Shown: positions 57,267 to 64,000 of the stretch, piece after piece
Numbering within the stretch: the first letter of the stretch is position 1
Layout of the letters: each line of letters begins with the position of its first letter
NCBI RefSeq assembly: GCF_000981445.1
Contig: NC_027217.1
Location: 868,001-932,000, forward strand
Source of the DNA: Babesia bigemina
Lineage: Eukaryota
Direction of reading: 5' to 3'
DNA length: 64,000 bases
The notes under the pieces: generated by a model
The model's database searches: none
Told to the model about the DNA's origin: nothing
Seen by the model: only the letters and a program-made list of their open reading frames with translations
Program-made: the position numbers and the translations under genes

Positions 57267-57923
57267 TTATTGGTAGCCGTGTCTCGCACAGTTGCATGGC
57301 TTCATGTAGTTGGGAGGGTAACCGCTCTGATACACCTGGGGAAACTTCATAGGCATCGCCGGAGTTTTCAACACCGACGACGGGCGCTCGTTCTTCACCA
57401 CGACGTTCGGAGGGCAGTTCTGGACGTACACGGGCTGCGGAGGGTCGTTCTTCACGATGACGTTTGGCGGCGGCTGCTGGACGACTATCGGCGGACGAGA
57501 GTGATTCCGAACGATCACGGTCTGAGGCTTCTGAACCAGTATCTTCGGAGCATGTTGCTTGTTGTTCACGTAAAAAACGTCATCTTGTTCGGCATGCGAA
57601 ACCTCGAAGCCCTTGCAACGGCAAACCTTGGCACCCTGACGCTTCACAATGTTCACGCAGTTGCGCGGAGTACATGAGCGGTCACCCCTCGAGACGACAT
57701 GCCCGCCATCCACCGCATGTTTACGGCAGCAGACGGTCTCAACGCAGCTGTTACACGCCTTCGCGCCCGCAGAACCGGAATGGCACTTCATGACACTCTC
57801 ACCGCTCATACAGCGGTTGTGCGAAGCGACCTGCAACCAACCCTCAAAGTCAACCTCCTCGTTATCGTCCTCGCCACACTGATGCATCGCGCCTATCGGT
57901 AGGCTAATGTAAGACGGTGACAT
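57267..57923 (-). CDS. Hypothetical Cys-rich protein with three Pro/Val/Asn/Gln repeats
   Basis: ATG 57923 follows an A-run. Repeats VQKPQTVIVRNHSRPPIV / VQQPPPNVIVKNDPPQPVY / VQNCPPNVVVKNERPSSVL. Confidence 0.75.
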   Translation of the reverse strand: MSPSYISLPIGAMHQCGEDDNEEVDFEGWLQVASHNRCMSGESVMKCHSGSAGAKACNSCVETVCCRKHAVDGGHVVSRGDRSCTPRNCVNIVKRQGAKVCRCKGFEVSHAEQDDVFYVNNKQHAPKILVQKPQTVIVRNHSRPPIVVQQPPPNVIVKNDPPQPVYVQNCPPNVVVKNERPSSVLKTPAMPMKFPQVYQSGYPPNYMKPCNCARHGYQ

Positions 57924-58017
57924 TTTTTTAAGTCTGTTCAATGAATGGAACTGCGCCAACTTCAGCCTGAGCACCCGCGAGCCAAAATAATTGAAGAGCC
58001 ACGCATATCGGTGTGCA

Positions 58018-59096
58018 TCACAACACTTTGCGACAGACGTAAATGAAGTGATTCGAGCGTTCTTCACTCATAGAAGAACTCGCAGGAGCCGTGTCAGTCT
58101 CTACAAGGGGCGCGCCGGAAACCTCACCTGATAAAATCTCGATGTGCGCCGGAGGAAACGTACCGAAACTCGGAAGTGCTGCGGTCGGAGACGCCTCCTC
58201 GAGGTACTCCATGTGACGTTTAGGCACCTTTACAACGCGAATTTTCCACAGGCCACTCGGCTGAAACAGCATCTCGAAGCAAACTCATTTAACCACCTCG
58301 AAGTACATCATGCGGTTGTCGGGGCACCCAACTGAGACGACAACCAGGGTACCATTGTTTCTGCAATACATTACGGGTCTACTTCCTACAACTGTTGCCA
58401 TAGCAGAGTCCGAAAAATATAGCGATGTGGATGAAATACACTGCGACACGAGGTAGTGAAACGATGGCTCACTAGGGAAATGGCAATATTGGAAAGCACG
58501 TACCTGAGGACTGTATGTATGCCCTTCAGCATCGCAGGCACGGTCTCATCGAAGTTCTTGTTGCACTGAACGCTGAGAAAGAGCTGGCCACACCACCCAC
58601 CAACATGGTGTCGAGGCAACCTTTGTCTATGACCAGATCGAAGGATTCGGCAGGATAGTACGACCCTATTTGGGCGGCATCCACTACAGCGTCTGATGAA
58701 CGTAATTAAGGTGTATCGCATTGCGGTTGGCCGGGCCAATTACTGGGCAAACGTACAGGCGAGATGGGGGAACATTTCTCTCATGGCATTTATGCAAGAC
58801 GCAGAGATGTCGACATTTTTCACGTCGTGTATACCGGCCTCATGCAGATCCTGTGCAAGTTCTGACGTAAAAGTCACACATTAGAAGCTTCATAAACCCA
58901 CTCGATGTCCCGCATCCCACGTGCAAAATCCGCGAATCGGCGTTGACCTCAACTGGCAAATGCGCCTTCAACGCGTGCCAATCCATATACCAGTCATACG
59001 TCCCATCGATTCTGAGCTGTGAGATCGGGAGCTTAGGGAAACCTACTCCTCATATCGCTTGTTCCAGTATTCTACCGTGCTGTACTGCGCAGGCAT
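58018..59096 (-). CDS. Class I SAM-dependent methyltransferase of the EEF1AKMT4/METTL13-N type; 7-8 small exons, not visible in the ORF track
   Basis: Hand-spliced: MPAQYSTVEYWNKRYEE|IDGTYDWY..ILHVGCGTS|KLAQDL..NVDIS..|..SFDLVIDKGCLDTML|CNK..IHTVLR|NNGTLVVVS..|..HFIYVCRKVL*. Confidence 0.92.
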
Positions 59097-59548
59097 GTAA
59101 CTGCAGAACCGCCACACATTACCTCCTCCATTATTACTGTAAGGTGTGCGTGGTTATACGAGAGTACTGTGTGAACTTTGTGTTCGATTTCCGTAGCAGG
59201 CGAGTTCTAGTGCTCTGAGAATTTTCCTCTCACCTGTGTGCCTGGGAAGAAAAATTATACACATCTAGAGAATGCCGATGCGTCTAAGGCTATGAGCATG
59301 TGTAACTGTGCTATAAGTGTGCGTAATGTGCCTAAGAATCTTTGAAAATGGTGCGATAAATTCACATAACATCTGAATTGGAACGGGACGTTGAGTACGG
59401 TCAAAGGGTATGCCGTGATATATGCCATTGTATACAACAGATTTCACACCATATTACGTCTTAGTAGCGTTATATGGAGTGTAAAAGAACCTACGCATCT
59501 ATACTATGCGTGCGCTTAGAATATGTCCATTCGGTTGTGGTCAAGTAA

Positions 59549-60027
59549 TGTGCAATATTGTAATACAAACAATGTGCAACGTCTTGCTGCACGCAATATT
59601 ATGATGTACAAGGTGTTATATCTACTGTCAAAGCTGCAAATAGCCCATATGTTACCATTGAGGCGCAACATGGCCGGCGTTTAGACACCTAGAGAAAAGG
59701 AGATGCCAGAGCACTTGCACAAGCTCCGACGCTCTACACATCTATGCTAATATCAAGTATGAGTTGTGCAGAAGAAATAGGTGTGGCTGGAAACAAGTAA
59801 TAGAATGCTAGCTAGTGCCGTTGCGCAGTGCCAACAGCACATCACCCGAACAACAGCCTTCGCAATCATAGAACAAAGCTACACATATGCACCAAACGAA
59901 AACTGGCCTTCAGATATCTGAATTACTAGTAGATATGTGTATCATTGGCGCATATTTGTAGAATTGTGAAATCTATGTTGGAGCGAAAATGATAACGCAG
60001 AGTTAGCAAGCTGATGGCGGATGTGCA
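59549..60027. promoter_or_regulatory. Cluster of TGTGCA/TGCACA hexamers plus a CTAGCTAG palindrome in a divergent intergenic region
   Basis: TGTGCA at 59549, 59573, 59765 and 60022; TGCACA at 59716; TAGCTA at 59809. The regulatory role is inferred. Confidence 0.35.
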
Positions 60028-60126
60028 TCATCAATACGGCTACATTATTGGTGTTTATTGTGATCAATGATGCCTAAGAAACGAATCTGTTGTCGTAGGA
60101 TTCAGTGAGGGACGCCATTATAGACT

Positions 60127-61779
60127 ATGGCGACGAACATCCCCGCAGTCGCAACAACGCTACAGCGCCGGTCCGTAGGCTTTATCGTACGTCACGGCTC
60201 TGCCGTTGGGGCAAAGCAGATAGAAAAGCCTTCCGACGTCGCAAGATACATAGGTGTGTTTGGAAGGCAACCATATGCAACGTTATCCAGAGAAGGTGGC
60301 CAAGGAACTCGGAGCAGATGAACGGAAAAAACACGTACCTCAATGCGCTCAGCTTGTGGACTCAATGTGTAGAAACATAACGCAGTATACCGCTATGGAA
60401 GTCAGGGCTGTGGCGCACGGAATGCCAATCATATTCGGGGCGGATATCAGCAGCGCCTGGTTGCAGGCCATAGCGACATTTGCACTAAAACGTGCTCACA
60501 TGATGCCGGTGTACCTCCTATATCCGATAGTCAACAGTTAGTGTGGATGCAAAATCGAAGTAAATGCCTTCAGGTCTCTGCAGGATGGCCAAACACGAAA
60601 GGGACGTACCCGTCGACCAAATGCTGGCCGTATGCCGCGAACGTGTGGCTGAGGCCAATTCCATAGACCTTGCAACCATAGCGCAGACTGCAACGCTATT
60701 GAAACGAAGTCGTGAAATTTTGGAACTCATGAACGCCGTCGCTGACGCGGCAACATCGGAAACTATACTCGAAGGAATCTCCACGACCAACGCCGTATTG
60801 ATACTGTACTCCTTCGGTCAAATGGGCATCAGGCACAAGAAACTCTACCAATCGATGACGCAGATAATAACAAAGATGGAACATGACGACTTTCAGTCGC
60901 ACCTCATTCCCATTGCACTACACGCGCTTGCCAAATTCGGCAACTGTGACCGCAATGTGCTGGAGACAATAGCCAACCACGCAATCAAGGTTGCCAACAA
61001 CATGCAACCCGAAAACGTCTCCGGCACTGTCTGCGCGTTGGCGAAACTCAAGTTTAGGCATTCGTTGCTGCTCAGGGAAATGGCAAAACGCACAAGGGAG
61101 CTCATGTCAGACATGAACGTGCGCGAAATGAGTAGGTGCAGCTGAGGGAGATGTTATGTAACCGCACAGGCAACATCCTCTGGGGATTCGCGAAGCTTAG
61201 GCATAGCGACGAAGATCTTATAGATGAAATGATAGGTGGGGGTGCGATTATTCTCGCCCAGATAACACGACGCAGACAGATGCGCGCAGTACCCGCGAAT
61301 AGACAACATGTCGTTCGCGCAGATTTTCGAGGCGCTCAGATGTTACCACGCAGTGCACAAAGCATGTAAGTGTGGCAATGTCGCAGTTGGATACAGACTC
61401 AAACGCAGCCGTTGTGAAGGCCCTGCTGCCGAGGTACATCGAGGTCATGCCGCAGTGCTCCACGCAGATTGTAACGCAGGTCGCATGGTGAGTCGCGCGC
61501 GCCAGATGGCTACCAACCAGAAACGCTAACTGCCTTCAGGTGTTGCTGTAGCCTGGGCTGCAACGACTGCGGAATCATAGTTCAATCGCTCGATGTGCTC
61601 AAGTCTAGGAAACGCACAAAAGTTGAACAGAAATACGTAAACATGCTCCTAGAGTTGGTTTGATCGTAGCGAAATAGTAAACACGCTTCAGTGCGCTCAA
61701 ACATGCTCCCATGGAACCAGAGGAGATTCTAACACACTACGAGAAGGAACTGAGGACATCGGGCACTGACGGCGAATAG
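60127..61779 (+). CDS. Helical-repeat (HPR/RAP/FASTK-like) RNA-binding protein, probably organellar; multi-exon
   Basis: Repeats of about 37-38 aa: LILYSFGQMGIRHKKL, IALHALAKFGNCDRNV, GTVCALAKLKFRHSLL, NILWGFAKLRHSDEDL. Exon boundaries in the 3' part are tentative. Confidence 0.72.
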
Positions 61780-61818
61780 CACAAAATGTGCGCTCAAATA
61801 TTACCCGAGAAATGAAAA

Positions 61819-63000
61819 ATGATTCCAGTCTTCAGCGTGGCGGGGCAGAGGACCGGCATAGTAACACGTGCGCGGTTCTCTCCCGCCCCGGCGGATCACA
61901 GGGCTATATCTATCGAGACTGAGGGGTCGATCACGCTGATAGACCTTCCGAGCTTGAAGTATGCCACGAGTAATTGGTATTCGGTAAAGTTCGGTCCGTT
62001 TGCGCAGGCAGCTTACACACCGCTGGACTTCGCCTTCAGCTCCGACGGACGCGTGGCGTTTGTGGCGGATTCCGGCGGTAATGTGTCGCTGGACGCCGTA
62101 AACGACATAGGGAATCACTTGTCTAAGGTGCATAAGCACCTCATCTCCATCGAACACGCCCATGATGGAGGTGTCTTTGCCATTGTGCCATCTCCCGCCT
62201 ACGAATTCCTACTCTACACAGGAGGAGGTGATGGGATGGTACGAATCTGGGACCTGAGATACATGGGAAATGGGAACCCTATGTTACAAATCCCCCAAGG
62301 GGGGCCGATCCCGCAAGAGGTACATCCGGCCTCGCAGAAGCCAGTGCATGAAATGTGGGCCCACAAAAATGCAGTGTCGGCAATCTGCTTCCCAGAAAAA
62401 AGCCTCATGTTGACTGCTGGCATTGATGAGAACATAAGGTTGTGGGACAACACGCAAAAAACTGTTATCGCCACCATCAGGAGCTACGGGACCGCCCTGG
62501 GCATATGGGATATCGCATACAACCGGCCACTGGACAGAGCAGTGGTGGTAGGGCAGTCCACGGACGTGTGGGCGTTCTACACTAAAGACTTTTGGGGGAC
62601 CAGCGAACCGGATCAGCATGACATGGTAAAGATCGACTTCGAAGACGACGACATCAGCACCGTCGGCGCCTTCGACAGGTGGCGCAGACCGTGTACTCAC
62701 GGTACAAACGTCATCATACCAACCCTCAACAACAGAAACGGTGCCAAAATATTGTTTGTTGACGCTAAAACGGGCAAAGAGTCACGGAGGATCACCACGG
62801 ATCTCGTCGACCGGGTACACACAGTAGACATGCATCCAAATGTGTATTCCGGGCTCATGTTGACAGGAGGTACGGCGTGATTACTAATAGTATAATGATT
62901 TGCAGCTGCCAAAAAAGGATGCGCCGTTACTACAGTGTGGATGGAGGGCGAGCCGGAATGTGCCAAAAAAACTGAGACGAGTCTCACGGCACCGACGTGA
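61819..63000 (+). CDS. WD40-repeat protein (2 exons)
   Basis: HAHDGGVFAI..LYTGGGDGMVRIWD and WAHKNAVSAI..LTAGIDENIRLWD; GT-AG intron near 62870-62905. Confidence 0.85.
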
Positions 63001-63034
63001 ACATCTGGAATGAAATCGAAATATCGCACACACC

Positions 63035-63983
63035 ATGGCGAAACAACGCGAAACGCTTTGCACGGAGCTGCGAGAAATACAGCTCCAGGAGGATGACGCG
63101 GTAGAACAGTTCAATGACCGCATCAATGAGATCATCGCACAGTACAGCGATACGTTAAACGAGCTCGCGGACAAGAGAGTCAAATTGCTCACGGACCCTA
63201 CTGTGGTAGATACGCTGGCGAAGAAGCGAATGTCGGAAGTAGAGCGATGCTACAGCGAACTCTCACTGACCGAAATATCTGGCGTGAACAGGCCAGTGGA
63301 CGAAAGGTACCAGGCGCATGGCACCACGGCGTGGCCTATGTTCTGGCTACACGCGCTTATGGGATGCTACGTTACCAAAAAGCGGGTGTCGTGCCTTGAC
63401 AAACGCCTGCTGGGATACCTTCGCGACATCAGGTGTCGAACGGTACAAGTACCGAATCCGGGCGATACATTCGATGTCGAGTTCCATTTCGCGGAGAACC
63501 CGTTCTTCTCAAACGCGACGCTTAAAAGGCGGTTCAACGCTAACGGCTATTTCGACGAGACGCATTCCTCCTCCGTTGCATGGAAGGACAACGCGGTAGG
63601 CGCACAGTCACGATGCCGAAATATACAGACATACAGGAGAAAATAGCCGAGGAGCTGCCGTCATTTAACTCTGATGACGATTACGAAGACATTAGCGACG
63701 ACGGACTGGCACGCGTCAGCTTCGTCGACTTCTTCCAGCCCTACGGCGTGAGTTGACGCAACAGATTATGGCAAACGACATGCAGTATGACCCAGATGAT
63801 CTGCTTGTGGCGATGGCAATCAAAGACCGAATATGTCGCGACCCTCTCAAGTACGTCCTGCGCTTCGAAAGCGCAAGGCGGGGCGACGACGTGGAGTACA
63901 CGGACGACGAGGGTGCGAGTGTTGCTGCCGAGACGAACTACGACTCTGCCGGAGGACGGTACCCGTTCTCGTGGTTATTCTGA
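63035..63983 (+). CDS. Nucleosome assembly protein (NAP/SET/Vps75) family histone chaperone (3 exons)
   Basis: N-terminal dimerisation helix, PMFWLHAL, DKRLLGYLRDI, FHFAENPFFSNATLKRRF, SFVDFF and AIKDRICRDPLKY. Confidence 0.88.
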
Positions 63984-64000
63984 CAAAGTAACACTAATGT

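Overview
Gene-dense eukaryotic DNA from a piroplasmid apicomplexan, most likely a GC-rich Babesia species. This rests on the 33-41 nt GT-AG introns, the CCp/LCCL gene, the Tpr-related gene and the RAP-type genes; I cannot fix the species from sequence alone. By hand splicing I can support 28 protein-coding genes. In order they are: TAF2 (runs off the left edge, missing from the ORF track), IPI1/TEX10, Mago nashi, NSA1/WDR74, a START-domain protein, an orphan, NAB2-like, acetyl-CoA synthetase, transportin-1, a tail-anchored orphan, thioredoxin, UPF0235/DUF167, mitochondrial bL28, SCC3/STAG, AP-1 gamma-adaptin, a ferlin, a CCp1/CCp2-type LCCL protein, polyprenol reductase, an orphan, a RAP protein, an orphan, a divergent importin-alpha-like protein, hemolysin III, a Tpr-related membrane protein, a Cys/Pro-Val repeat orphan, an EEF1AKMT4/METTL13-type methyltransferase, a helical-repeat RNA-binding protein, a WD40 protein and a NAP-family chaperone. 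I could not support any rRNA, tRNA, CRISPR or mobile element. The observations most worth following up are: (1) an apparently ear-less gamma-adaptin that ends in ear-ligand-like motifs (DEFGQF/DPF); (2) five convergent gene pairs whose stop codons lie only 1-11 bp apart; (3) three co-oriented genes separated by under 40 bp; (4) six stop-free, in-frame 36-nt introns; (5) a GTAC-rich minisatellite inside an oversized intron; (6) an importin-alpha paralog with degenerate NLS-binding residues. All product calls come from remembered family motifs, not database searches.
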